This document shows positions 38,741-52,482 of a DNA stretch of 64,000 nucleotides, in pieces (the first letter of the stretch is position 1; every line of letters begins with the position of its first letter). The notes beneath the pieces are model-generated. The model ran no database searches, had not been told where the DNA came from, and saw only the letters and a program-made list of their open reading frames with translations. The position numbers and the translations under genes are program-made. This DNA is from Ophelia neglecta (lineage: Eukaryota): the NCBI GenBank assembly GCA_965285935.1, contig OZ260665.1, positions 66,092,001 through 66,156,000 on the forward strand, in the 5' to 3' direction.

Positions 38741-40844
38741 ATGGGAGGTTGTGAGGCTGGTGATGGTGGGTAGTGAGGGAGCTGCCAGTGTGAGGGAATA
38801 ATCAAGTACAAGAATACTTTGTACCAACAACAGTTTTATTTGTCAATTTATTTAATTCAGGTATCGCTACTCAAAATGCAGAACATGGTTTAAGCCCTAT
38901 TTACTGCACCTGTGTAGACTAGTACACACACTAGTTCTCCCACATTTGATTAAATTCAATGTTATAAATGTAGTTTGGTGATATCACGATAATACCACTT
39001 TGCATTCTGACCTGCCAGAGCCATGTATACATGGTGGGGTGATTGGTGACTGGTCACGATGCCCACTTGGAATATCTGGAAATAATAAGTGATCACTGTC
39101 CCCCCCCCCATACTTCCTGGGCCCCCCAGCCCCTAGGGATTACCATTGTGCAGCTGTGTGGGCCAGGGACCCCATTAACAGCTGGACCATGGTATCATGA
39201 ACACCCCTGCATGTCAGCCGTGCATCATGCACCTTTAATGAGTAGCCCAGTTCTTTGTAGTGCGTGGCTGTGTCAGCCTATTACAGATCCCATCAAGTAG
39301 AGACAGGTAAATACAGCCCAGTGGGGCCCTGTGAGTCATGTTCTGGATTCTCACCTTCATCCCAGCACAAACAGGAGATGTGATCAAACAATGTCGAATT
39401 ACATGGCAGTCTGGTCATTGGGGACAGTGCCAGGCGGCTAAGGTTTGATACATGGTCTGATTGATGTGTAGAGGATATCATAGAAAGAACAAAAAGCAAT
39501 CACCTAGTTAATAGATGAAAGCAATATAAATAGAATATCCTTTGTGTAGAAATAAAGACATATTCAGACTAAATGAATAAATCAGTTGATATATTTGTAG
39601 TGAATTGTCAGTTTCTAATATAAGATTTTCAATAGAAGTGCATTAGACTGGTATGTTGGGCTGACCGAGAGCTGTGACTGTGTAGTTAGGTATTGATCCA
39701 GGACCTTGTGGAGAGTGGTGACCAGAGGACAGATCAATGTTTACATGGTAAAGCAAGATTCCCATCATGGTAATGAAGGTGTGATTACAATATAAATACC
39801 TACAGTACCTACCCAAACACATTTAATGTCTGTCACTCCTGAGCCACCCTACTGCTGCTCTCTCTGGGTACATGCCAGGTTGCATGACAAGGACCAGCAG
39901 TTTGAATGGAGTTTTTTGTCTCTCCAGAGTTCATGGTAAAAATCACCCACTCAATGTGTGTTTTTCCATTAAATTTGGCCGGTGATGGTGTTATGTTTCT
40001 GTGAGGCGACTCTGTTTTATCACAGCTCCACCCTTAAAACATTGAATTGAAAAACATCCAGAAATGGGTTGGTCACCAGCCAAACTTGGGTCAAGCTGGT
40101 ACTTTAGACACAATAAAAGGTAGAAAGCCCAATTTCTGTTTGATTATATTTGGTGTATAAGGTTGATCTGGAGGTCCATTGAGAGTCGTTACTACATGTA
40201 ATTATAAACAAGCAAGTCAGTTTGGTTGTAAGATAGAAAGGCCACAAGTCGGCAGTAATACCATCCTCCCTGGGGTCAGATGTAGTTCACCGCATCTCAT
40301 CACCTAAATACATCAAATATTGAAATTGGTGGAAATGCAATAGATACCATGAAATAGAGATCACCTTTAATTGAGAATAGGTTATAAAGAGCAGTCAGAC
40401 GTCTTTCAAGTTATTTCTTGATGTTTCATTTCTTTGTTCCATTTCTTTGTAAATAGTATTTTTAAATTCTTGTGCAGGACTAAAGTTTTGTTTATATTCT
40501 GCTACATCATGTAAAATTCAGAAGATATCCAATGAGATGCTCATGGTAGTGTATTATCTGTGATAATAGATCAGGTCTTCTATCTTCATTGCTTCCTGCC
40601 GGTGAAGTTCATTGTCATCAGACTATTAATGTCTGTATGTAGACTGCAATACCTAGTCCATAGATCATAGATCATGTTTTGATGAATCAGTGAAATTGTT
40701 TTTTATTTTTGTTAAATCTGTATTTCATAACATGTGCAATCCCTAAAATAATATCCACCTTGCCAGATTTACTTCACAACATGGTATATGAATCCAGGAC
40801 TATTAGGCCCAACCATTTAGGTGTGACCATGTAGGTTCCGATGG

Positions 40845-41140
40845 GTCCCAACTTTTTATGTCCCAACCTTTTAGTGCAAAGTGGACCATTTGGTTTCAAA
40901 TTTGTTCTACTTATAAGAGACAGAAAAAAACATATACAAAATAATATTGCAATTATAGAAAAATGTAGAATAAATGTTTATAATTTTACTCAGTAAGCAA
41001 GGAAAAATAATCCTGCTGGAAAAAAATAATTCCTGCACTTTTAATCAGATAAAATGTGAGACCTAAATGGTTCACTTTTCCCTAGGAGCCTTAAAGTTCA
41101 GGACCCTAAAGGTTGGGACCTAAAGGTGGGGATGTAAATA
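40845..41140. mobile_element. Degenerate MITE-like inverted-repeat element with GGTCCCAACCTTT sub-repeats
   Basis: Left GGTCCCAACTTTT / GTCCCAACCTTTTAG...AAAGTGGACCATTTGGTTTCA mirrors right TGAGACCTAAATGGTTCACTTT...CTAAAGGTTGGGACC around an AT-rich core; no clear TSD; boundaries approximate. Confidence 0.45.
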
Positions 41141-44100
41141 CCTAGCTGGTTTGGTGGTTGTTCTGCCCATGACCCTCCTGTGTTGTTATTACTATGAAGT
41201 ATCATTACATTATTTATTGACATTGTTCAAGAATGCCTGCATTTTAAGACAGGAGCTGTCACTGGCTATTAAGTGCTTTAAACACAAATGCCTCAATCCT
41301 AATTATAAAGTTATTTTTTTTACTCCGGAGGGAGCCAATCACCTTCTTTGTTTTCTATAACCAGGTATTGACACTTATTTACAGTCTGTTTACTAAAGAT
41401 TTTCATGGTATATAGCACTCTAGCAATGAAAGGCCGAAAGTAAACAAGAATGTATTACAGTAACTCCATTTTTGTTAGGATAGGAATAATATTAAGTCTT
41501 TATGTCAACTGGACCTTGTATGATTACACTGGCCGACTGCAAATACCTACCACAATCCAACATGGCAGGGGTCAAAGTGGGTCCAGACTCTAAGGTACAG
41601 GTTGTAGATTGTAGAATATTTATTAATCTTTTAATAAATACTAAAATCAGAACAATTATTACATTTTATCTTTACATGCAAGAACGCATGAACATTATTA
41701 AGTGCTGTACCTTTCTAAATATGTTTATGGTTTACTCCCTCTGCCAATTTATTATTTTGGGTAGTAAAGTACCTATATATTATTATTTTTGGTTCATTGT
41801 TGTTGATTACAGAGAATGTAAACGTTCTCCCGTACATGTAGCAGCTGTCTCATACTGCGTCGGTGGCTCTTGAACCACGGGTTTTGCTCATTGTACGTCA
41901 GTGCTACACTTATTTCTTTGGATTCCTTAATGCAGTGTGCGTCATTGCACATGCAAAAATTGTGTAGGCAAGGAAAAATGGCCTACATGATTTTATGCAG
42001 TGTAATAGGATCACCAACCAAAGCTATACAAGGTAAATTGAATGGGCATTTCCAGAAAATAACCGGAGAAAGCCAATTTATACTGTTTATAATGATGATA
42101 ATGATGGTCACTTCCCTTGATTTGCAATTGATGTACATGTATATAATACAATATGATATTATAATAGTACTCATGTACTAGGTAGTGGCTACTAAAGAGA
42201 GATTTACTGAGGGGAAAGCTCTTGGATACCCCCTAGTTGAGTTGAGTGTGTAGATTTTTGTTGACGTCAGATGTGTGGGCATAGCATTAAATAGTTGCAG
42301 TTTGTAATTTTACTTGTCATTAGATTATGTACAGTGGTGTGAACAAATGATTAAAATAATCACATGATGCATGTTTCTACACATTGAATTCTGATAGTTG
42401 TTTTGTACAATTAGTAATGTTTATATTGTTTGGTTCATGGCCAGAAAGAATTAATACATGTACATGTCTTTTTAGTATTTACATCTGTTTTTTTTTCTTC
42501 ATTGTATTTAGCATGTTTATTATTGTTTATATAGCAAATTAACAAAACAACTCCCATTTCCCTTCCTTCCCTAGAGCTGTCAGAACTAAGTAGATTGAAT
42601 ACCTCCCAAAAATGCCCAATAATCTCTGCCTACCCCCCCCCCCCCCCCCCCATAAATGTGACTGCCTATTGGGGATATTGAGGAAGACACATGGTCTGGA
42701 TAAACATAGTTTAGAACTTGATATCCAGATATGTCCCTAGTGCCCCTTGCCCTGGTGGGGATCAGGGAGTTCCTGACCTGGCTTTGTCTGTTGATGGAGT
42801 GAGACTGGTCCATAGACAAGTAGTGACATAGGGACTACTCTGATTGATTGAACATCCATAATATCTGTTGTCCTTCACTAGCTCGTCAGTCACAGAATCT
42901 AGATGATCTAACAGTAGAGATATCATCAGTTTTTACAAGGATATTGTAGGGCAATATCTAGCAGCTTGTACATGTGGCCGGCACCAAACCCTGCTCAAGG
43001 GAAAAGATCAATGGTCTACGCATAGACAATATTGGTACTGGTTGTGGAGGAGATGTTTATATTTGCCAATCTAATTCCAACTTATCCTCATGGGACCAAG
43101 TGTGCATTTCCTCTGACTTTGATGTCTAATGTCATGGACAATTTCATTTGCCTGTGTTCATTCACTCTATTCCTGTTAAAAATTAACAATTGAAATCTTG
43201 GGTGGTTAAATATATATATATCCACATTCATTTGACATCTAACACATGAATAAATGTGGCTCCTTTCTATTAATAAACATTATAAACACCGAAAGGACTA
43301 GTAAATCTGCTTCTTCCTTTGTTTAGAATCATCCAATGTCAGTAATAATTAGGGACAAGGCTTGTTTGAAGCAAAGAATGACCAGCTACCGAGCTTTACT
43401 TTGACTTAACATCCTCCTAGGATATCATGAGCGACAGCTAGGTTTTAAGAATGTCTACTTATTGTTTTGAGCATGAAAAGTTGTCATTCCAAGATTAGCA
43501 GGTCTTGCAACAGCAATTGCTTTGTGTGACTGGTGGATTTTAAAGACCCGGGCAGATATAAGTTACGCTCCTTGGCGGCCATTCTCTCACCTTACTAGGA
43601 CATTGGTGCGGATGTTTTTGAGAATAGCGGATGTTCTCTTGAATGTCTGATTGTCAGGAGACCCTAGGATTGATATGATTTGACTGTAAAAAGTGAAGTT
43701 TTGTCCATGTTGACCTATCATGGATTACACCACCATGCATATACCCCCAGTATGGCCAATGCTGTGACATATTTTTATAACTCTGGCAGCCAATGGAAGC
43801 ACACTTGCATGGGGCCAAACATTGTCTGTGACTGTATTTCTGTAATTATGCAATTTGTGCAAACATATGATGGCAGATGATAATGTGGACCAGTTTTAAA
43901 TACGGATTCTTGTTTAGCCCTCCTCGCCAGTTCTTGTGGCCAGCCCACGGATCAGCATCCAAAGATGTCGGGGCAGACACAGTATTGGTGGCGGCTGCGC
44001 TGACAAGTCAGAATGAAGTTTTTTCTTTATGGACTGTGGAGTGCCTCATTTAGTTCAAGCATCAGTATATTAAATTCCTGCTGGTCTAATAAAGGAAACA

Positions 44101-45668
44101 TAAATTTGCTGCAATTAAAAACTGATGTGTAATGCAGAAATTAGAACAACCAATATATAGGAGAAAAAAAGAAGTAACTTTAATTGTACTGCTGCCTTAA
44201 TGCATTGTGAGTTTATTGTGGTCGCCTTATTTCCCAATAATATGCCTGATCAAACCTGCCTCATGCTGTAGAGCTTTGTATTTTCTGAGTGGTATTGCAT
44301 GTTGAGGGTATTTGTGTGGGGCCCATATGACAATTAGCAAGTTACACAATAGTGCTGACCTTTATGTCTCCTATGGGCTTCCAAAAAACTTTTTGTTGAA
44401 TTAGATCAATAGCAATATTCCAGACACTAAATGACTAGCAAAGGGAGCTCCCGGGGCCATCACCCTATTGATTTCTGGCAGAGAATGCACACAACTCCCC
44501 CAACAACGTCCACGTCTTCGATCCCTGCCAGCAAGCTGATCCTTGTCAAGACAAGATGACAGTCCCAAGGCGGAACAACTGTTGCAATGGATTCAGGCGG
44601 GATCATGACCTGACTCTATGGAGAGGAGATGATGAAGTGCACGCAAGCTGGGAGTGGAAAAACAGATACATGGAGTGACCTGTGGAATTCAAGTCATATA
44701 TATGAACATGATTTATACTGATACTTGTATATAAAGTTATGCCTACATGTTCATGAGTAAAGCAAGATGATTTGGCAATGTGCTATTGGAGGCATTTTTT
44801 CTCTCCTTACTTAATATTGACTCAGTTTGTATTATTTGAAACACACAGGGAATAGAGCTGAGTCTTCAGCATAAGGCTGAGGCTCCTTTTGAGTTCATGA
44901 ACTCAGTAAAGATTTAAATGCTGCTGTTGTTGCTGGTGCTGCTGTGCTTCAGTGCTGGTAATAACTGGCTTGTTATCAGACCTGTGGATCCATTTCAAAA
45001 AATCACATGACTCCAGACAGGAGGAGTACGGTAATGGGTGGAACCTGTAAGCCTGCTAACTGATATGTGAAATATAAGGCTTGAAGGTGATTGTAGACAT
45101 ATTTCTCCCTTGTACCATGGGAATTATATGATAAGGTGGACATTTAGTTGGCAGTGGTTGGTAAATCAAGAACGGTGTTGCCAGTCACTCGTCAGTAAAC
45201 AGCCCCCGCTAAGATTGCTGCTCAGTATCACTCGCTGTACCCAAGCAGTTTGAACTTGGCAGGGGGAAAAGAGTGTGTGTCAAACAGAACTCCAGCTAGG
45301 GCTCGGATGCACGGCTCTGACACCGGGCTCCGATAGTGCTCAACTGATTGTCTTTATGTACCTCCCTATTACCAGCCTTTACCAGGGATAATATTGGATA
45401 AGCATGATTTACAGCCCCCTTAAGACCAGAACACAGCTAAGAGAGATTCTGTCTTTGTACTGGAACTCAAAAATCTATTGATTCAAGTGACTTAACTGAC
45501 TTAACTATGATATAACTGATGCTGAATGGCTGGTGATTCAGATACATGTAGTTTGGTCGGTTGAGCCTGGAACTGTACACATTAGCTAGTGCCTGTGTAT
45601 ATTGGCTTGGATGGAGGACATAAGTACTTATATTGGGATCTTGTATTAACTTCCTACCATGGTGGAAG

Positions 45669-45700
45669 ATGGATGACTCAAGACCTTTAACTTTTGAGAG
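45669..45700 (+). CDS. Candidate alternative first coding exon of RAPGEF2/6 (MDDSRPLTFE-S)
   Basis: AAG-ATG-G start context, strong donor GAG|GTAAGC, phase 2 matching exon 50994; CpG-retaining region upstream. Confidence 0.45.
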
Positions 45701-48700
45701 GTAAGCGAATCACTGCATACAACAATATTAAAAAATAGACTGACATTATAGGGTAGGTGCATTTTCTGAAGCCAGTTACTCAATCCAGCCTCTAGTAGAT
45801 ATACTTATAATAACTGATAGTACACTACTAGTATCTACGGTTAGAGCTTAAGATAACTGGTTAATTGTTGATAAAATTGAACATTTGTTTTTGCTTAATA
45901 CAATGTTACAGGTTTTGTTCTCCACGTGTTCCATTAACAATTGTTTCAAATTCAGGCTATGTACATACTTTGAACTTGCTAGTTAATTTTGGATGTAGCC
46001 ACAAAGGATTTGATTCTGGTGTGTTAGGAGCTGTCCTACTTGACGTGGATTTGTTGATGTTGTGAGAGACCAGCCAGTTTTGACATTGTGCATGTTGGCC
46101 CAGACTCTGGTTCAGTGTCATGGATTCAATTAATTGTAATCTGAAAAGTCAATTGGCTTGGTAACTATTCCAGCATGGCCAGATTCACTAGAGATATGGC
46201 AGATTTCTGTCTAACATTTCACTGCAGGCTGCATGAAATAGGCGTGTGTCGTGGCATTTCTATGAATAACATGAATTATTTTATAGCAGTTGCCGAATGC
46301 TTGTAAGCTGTCTATGATAACATTTGTGTAACATTTGCGAATTGCTTGTGCTGAAAAAAAAAGATTAGAATTTGAATTCCTGGATTGATGAACAAGCACT
46401 AGTTGGAATGAAAGAATTGACCATGCTGTCTGGAAAAACATCTCCCCAGCTTGTAGCCTTGAAAAGAATCTCTGCTTGATATGGTGTCTTCTACCAGAAA
46501 CAGACATTTATTTTCTTCTAAATCAAATTGAATGGTTGATAAAAGGGCACGAAGAGCAAATATTTTAGCTGTCTGACCAAGAGTTTTCAAGGCAGAGCAA
46601 TCCTAATGACTTGTTTGTGCCTTTTCTCTCAAAGGGAATATATTGTCTGCATAGCCCTTAAGTTCTAATCTTCAAGTACATTTGAAATTCCTTCACAATC
46701 TGACTATATGATATTGGTCATGGCTGAATGAAGTAATCTGATACAGTCAACACACAAGTGGAGGTAGGAGTTGGTAGTCCAATGTCAGCCAGGAGAGAGC
46801 AAACACTCCTCATGTGATCAGCAATAATCATACTAGCTTAACACCTTACTCTGACCGCCTGTCACACAGGCAATCACACACGCATGGCAAATACTGTGAC
46901 TCTGAAGTCCTTCAGGCCAGTAGAATAAATCAAATCTTATAAATGGATATAGTGTATAAGTGGATTTATTTCTGTATGTGGAGAAAGGCCTAGTTGAAAA
47001 AATTGTAAAGAGTGACTACTTTTCAGATGTCACCAAGAATATCATATCCTGACAAGCTTCTCACTATTTACATTTCCTACCCAGTCCTACCCAGTTTGTA
47101 AAGCCTTCATGGCCTGCTACCATCAGTTATACTACTTGGGTGGTAGTAACCACCAGATGTCAGCATTGTTCTGTTCAGATCACATGGACCTAGGTAGCAC
47201 TGTCTAAATTCATAAAAACCATATTATTTAACCCCCTCCCCCCCCCCCCCACACACACACACATCAGCCCTTATCTCAGAATGGATTATGTAATGTACAT
47301 GTATCTGGTGGATACAGGCATTGTGATTGGATGCTTTTAAGAGATGTGTTCAAATATAAGTTTGAAATAAGATGGGACAATATTAACGTAACTTACACTC
47401 TTTTTCTGAATTATAAGCCTTCAAAATAATAGAATAAATTAATGATGCTTGTATGAATCATTTGCTTCTGACTGAGGAATTTGACGATCATGTGATAGAC
47501 ATGAGGGTTGCAATCAATAAAAAGCATACCTGCAATAAATTATAATATCTACTGTATGCACAACTGTAGAGATATCTATGATTTGTCCTTTTATCTTTAT
47601 ATTTGTATTGTAGCAGGATATTGATAGAGATCCAATCAATATGATAGGTCTCTTGGTGGACAGTGTGCTGACACTTACCAGTAAACTTACAACCCATTGT
47701 GTCAAGTCACAATCACTAGCACAATTAGCCACAGTGAAATGAACTAGTGAAATATATAACATTTTATTGGCTGTTATCAAAATGGTAATATAATAGGTAG
47801 TATTTTGTAATAATGTTCGGACTACATTGACCACAGTGTACCCTGGTGGAGAGCTGTTTATTGTAGTGTTTATGCGCTGCTATACAGGTAGTCTGTCATC
47901 TGATCAACCAGATGCATCATACAGTCTGACAATTTTTAGACTGTCTTTTTCCTGTTTAGTAATGGATGTCTTTTTTGGTGGCCATTTTATTAATGGATGA
48001 GGCTGCAATGAGCAATTCTTTGAGTTCTGTGTTTTATGTTCCTTGAACTCCTGTTTCACCCAGCACACCTGGTGTTTTTATCCCTCGCATTGTCCTCATT
48101 TGACCATTGAAAAAATTGTCTTTGAACCAAATATTTCCAATAATTGCAGTTGATGGAAAGCTCCATTTTGAAGTTTTGTTAATGGCATTTTCCAGTGGTA
48201 GACTGGTTATTGATTGAAGAGCCCTATTTGGAATTCTCAGGATGATCGGTGGATGAAGAGTGATTCATAAAACTTAAAAATTAAAAATAAATAGTTTCAT
48301 TACACCAAATTATATTTTCACCTGTTTATCTATTATTTTTCTTTTTTTTTAAATCAAAATTTAGATTGAAATTCAGTGATGATAATTCTATGCTGAGTTT
48401 AATGACCTGGCGTCAGTTGTGTTCATCCCAGGCCTAGCCATCCACAAAACATCCCGCTGTTAACACGCGGACCCATTGTTATCCATTGCGCGCACCTATA
48501 GAGGCCAGGTTAATCAAACAATTGTGTTGGCGAGGTGCGATGATTCACTCCTACCTTGATCACTACCCCATCCACCTTTTTCCCACCGCACCGATGTGTT
48601 ATCAGCTTTGTTGGTTTGAATATATAACTGATAAAAATGTGTGCATATTCTGAGTTTGTGGCCATATGTGATATTTTGATATTTAGGTGAAGTTGGTGAT

Positions 48701-50993
48701 TTTCTGTGTGTGTGTATAGTTGGCATGTTACCTGAGATGGTGATTGAGAACACCTGCTTCAGCGTAGACATTGTGGGTGACAATTATAATGGGATGGACA
48801 GCAGGATTTATAGTGACTGAATGCTCTGCCATTGATGTGTGGTATTTGAAATGTAACTGTCAACTGGATTTACACCATAGGGTGCATCCTCTGATACATG
48901 ATACACAGTGAGATTTTATCAACATTTTCTGTTAGTCATGGACCAATGAACAGCCAAGGGTCCTTCTTCACCCAGTGCCTTTCTTATATAGCTAGATAGA
49001 CTACATCAAGGTAGTTTACGCTTGATTTACTTGAAGTGTACATGAGACTTCACCTTGTGAATGGGATCCTGACTAGTCCCAACAGGAATATAGACTGAGT
49101 TGTCATGATCCCTAGGCAAATAATCACCATTCAAGTTCCTGGATTATTTGGATTTAGTGAACATGTGTGCCCATAATGCATTATCCTCAATGGAGCAGTG
49201 ACTTATGTATAGTCAAACTTCCATGCCATTTACAGGCAATTTATTGTACACCCTTCGTGTTTAAATCAAGAGAACATGTTGTGAAAATATCCTGTTACTG
49301 GGAATTGACAAGGTATAGCTACCTTGATTCTCACCTTTAATTTTGGTGTATTTAATGAAATATTATTCTAAAGTGATGAGGACAGAGTCATGCCTTTGTG
49401 AGAAGTTTTGACTTGTCAAACTATTCAGTGTGTATTTTGTTCTGAGTTTCATGGATCATGTTCTATTTCATTGGATATAATTAACAAACTATCATGTTAG
49501 CATACATCTAAGTGAGGAGCAAGCATTGTTGTGTATGGTGTGATAGGATATATATTTCAGCTGAGATTTTTGTAGTACACTATGCTGGTATATGTTAAGG
49601 ACTGCCCTGACCAGGGTATGGAGGTAGTCAAGGTAGTTAACTATGACCCTCCTTCACTTCCTATCAATGGGCTTCCTATTAATAGACTACCTGTTCAAAG
49701 ACTCCCTATTAACAGGTTACCTAGAAACCAGCCCTCCTATAACAGGTGAGATCTATGAATTCCATCTCAGTAATAAGATTTTTTAGCCAGACCTTTGAGT
49801 TTGACATGTTGAGCTCAGTAATACATTGCCCTTTTCTATGTGTGTATCAGACAGAATGTTAAGTGTAACATACATCTTTAAGGGGGTGCTTCAAGTGCTA
49901 AGTTCATAAAGTGCACTGCATTCTACACTAATAGAAGTTTGACCTTATTATTCTGGCTCAACCTTGAGTCTTGGTTATAAAATATCACTTGAAAGCGAGC
50001 TGAAGGCTGTTGTATTGTAGATGTAAGCTGTACTAGTGTACACTGTGTATACTGTGTCGGAGTGTGTCCATGATGTATGATATCCATACTGTCTAGGAGC
50101 CTCTATCTGCCAGCTGTCTTCAGACAGATGTGCTGCTCATTGATAGCAGTATTGTCCATGTCCTAATGTCTCTGAAATTGATAATACCTGTCAAATAACA
50201 CTGATAGTGTGACACCCCTCTGGGTCGGTGGGGGGGGGGGAGTGGGGGGGGGGGAGGGGGCAGGGTCAGCTAATTGACTGCTTGAAATTAATCAGCAGAT
50301 TGGCACTTTTATTAGGTACAAACAAAAATTGTTCTAATTTGAATGATATTTTTAGGAATGGATAGTTAGATAGTGAGTTTTATGCCAATGCAACCAAGAA
50401 TATATTCCACCCTTGCAAATGAAAATATACAGAGGTTGTTATTGATATTTAGATTTACTATTGATTATTCCATAGTTCTCCAGGAACACACAGCCATGTG
50501 TATAATTGTACATGTAATACGACTGAGATTCATCATCTAACAGTGTGGATTGCATAAACAATATTTCAATGATGTGACATGAGTCAGAAACAAAATGCAA
50601 ATGTAATCAAATGGTGCACTTATTAGGAGGAAATTAGTAGGAATTTTATTTAATATTTAGCATATTAGTACAAGTTGATCGATGGAACATCTTAGTACTG
50701 CTATAACATCATTGCACAACATGGCTGTTTATCAGAACAACAAGTTTAATTTTCGCCCTGTTCGCAAGATGAAAACATCCAGAGTAGTTATGCAAACACA
50801 CTGGAAATTAAGATGTTAATGATTTGCTGTGTGAATTTGTTATTTTTGCTGAATGTATCAAACCAAGCCAATGAACCTTCCAGAAGACAGGTGATAGTAA
50901 TGGATCTGGCATAAACATAATGCTAATGAATGAAAATATGTCACTTTTGTTTGTGTACCAATTAGATATTAAACTGTTTTTCTTCTATTCTAG

Positions 50994-51069
50994 TTTTGGT
51001 AAAAGGACTGGAGGATGTGCTCGCCGGCCAAACGAGTGTCTTACCCTGGAGCCGTCAGAAATGATAGTT
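50994..51069 (+). CDS. RAPGEF2: RAPGEF2/6 coding exon (S-FGKRTGGCARRPNECLTLEPSEMIV)
   Basis: Acceptor ttcttctattctAG, donor GTAAGT at 51070; 76 nt, phase 2 to 0; SFGK...CL.LEPSEMIV motif. The preceding intron is about 29.6 kb. Confidence 0.95.
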
Positions 51070-51855
51070 GTAAGTAAACAACTTGATTTCAACCAGTACA
51101 AATTATATATAAATTTTACATGTATAAGCATCCTTATAATTATGACTCAGGTAATTAAATTGTATAAGCATAGAGGAGTAGTGATTGGCTTATTATTTAT
51201 TTATTTCCCAAAACACTGACCCCTAGTTTGTCTGTGGCAGGCCATCTGTGAATAACAAATGGCAGATTGAGGCTAACTTGTAAGTTTGGATCAGCTGAAT
51301 CTGTGAATAAAACTATAAAACTTGTGGTATTCACAAATGAAGAGCTAATGGCTATTTTCTTCACCTTTGAACCTCCTATATACAAGTAGTTAGGCTTTCA
51401 CTGAGAAAGCACTGTTGTGGGTGGTATAAAACATCTGGTTTCAAATGCATGTAGTATTATAACTAACAAATTAATAGCCCCTGGACATAATTTAATGATT
51501 TATTTACTGGGTTTTATTTTTAAATAAATAAACCTTGCCCATTTGCTTCTATACATAATTAAAAATACAAAATGTTGTCAAGAGAATTGGAGGATGTTAG
51601 TAACGCTGTTCTGGTGATTGGTGAAATAGTCATCCTCCCTTAACATTTAACTGACTCCAGGTCCTGTTCTTTTATTAATAAAACGGCTGGATAAGTCTCA
51701 TCCTCTTAAAACCGTCGAACAGAGGGGGAATGTAAAAGTGACTATTGACAATTGGTATAATATAAAGTAGTATGAAGCATGTAACAAGGATATACCCCAA
51801 CTATAAAACCAGTAGTATATAGTTTTGATACATGTTATGGTGTTTTCACTCTCAG

Positions 51856-51993
51856 ATTGACTACCCTGATGCTCAGCTGATGAAGCCAGTGCAGCGGATG
51901 AACAGCGGAGCAGGCGTTGAGCGTCTGTATGACCAAGACGATGCCAGAATGGGTAGATTGCGCTACCATAGTGACAGCACATCTTCAGACCAG
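51856..51993 (+). CDS. RAPGEF2: RAPGEF2/6 coding exon, linker (IDYPDAQLMKPVQRMNSGAGVERLYDQDDARMGRLRYHSDSTSSDQ)
   Basis: Acceptor tgttttcactctcAG, donor CAG|GTGAAA at 51994; 138 nt open frame, phase 0 to 0; GC/CpG-rich relative to the flanking intron. Confidence 0.8.
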
Positions 51994-52242
51994 GTGAAAA
52001 CTTTGTAGGATTATTGACACAACAGACAAATTCTGATTCTAAAGTTGTGCCAATGTTCGTCTTCAAAATATCTGTCAGGAGTCCAACACATTTTCTTTAG
52101 TTTTTAAACAGTCTATGATCTTTGTCAGTAGCTGCTGTGTATTATTAATTCAGTTGGATGATGAATTTCTCTAAATTTGACTGATATAAGTGGTGTAATT
52201 TTGCTTTATTTAACCAATAATATTTTTATTTGTTTTTTCTAG

Positions 52243-52482
52243 TTACACCAAGATCTACATAATATACAGTCCGGGTTACATAGGACTGATCAACAGTTTA
52301 TGAGAGGTGACCCGGCCACATACCACAAACGTAACTCGCGTGCCAGTGACACTTCTAGCGCCTACTCCGGCTCTGACATGATGCAGTCCTCATTAGATGA
52401 CCAGGATGTTGACCTGAGTGGCCTGGTGGAGAGCCTCGTAGACTCAGACGATGAGGAGGAGGGCTATGTGGAGGCCTCCGAT
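52243..52482 (+). CDS. RAPGEF2: RAPGEF2/6 coding exon (LHQDLHNIQ...RASDTSSAYSGSDMMQSSLDDQDVDLSGLVESLVDSDDEEEGYVEASD)
   Basis: Acceptor tgttttttctAG, donor GTGAGT at 52483; 240 nt, phase 0 to 0; SDTSSAYSGSD and DLSGLVES.VDSD match dizzy/PDZ-GEF. Confidence 0.93.

Noticed and set aside
38338-38811. 157-aa and 101-aa proline-rich ORFs
   Set aside because: Produced by a G-rich minisatellite and a poly-G run.
41502-41593. Alternative first exon (…MAGVKVGPDSK|GTACAG)
   Set aside because: Phase 0 does not match the next exon (phase 2) and the donor is weak.
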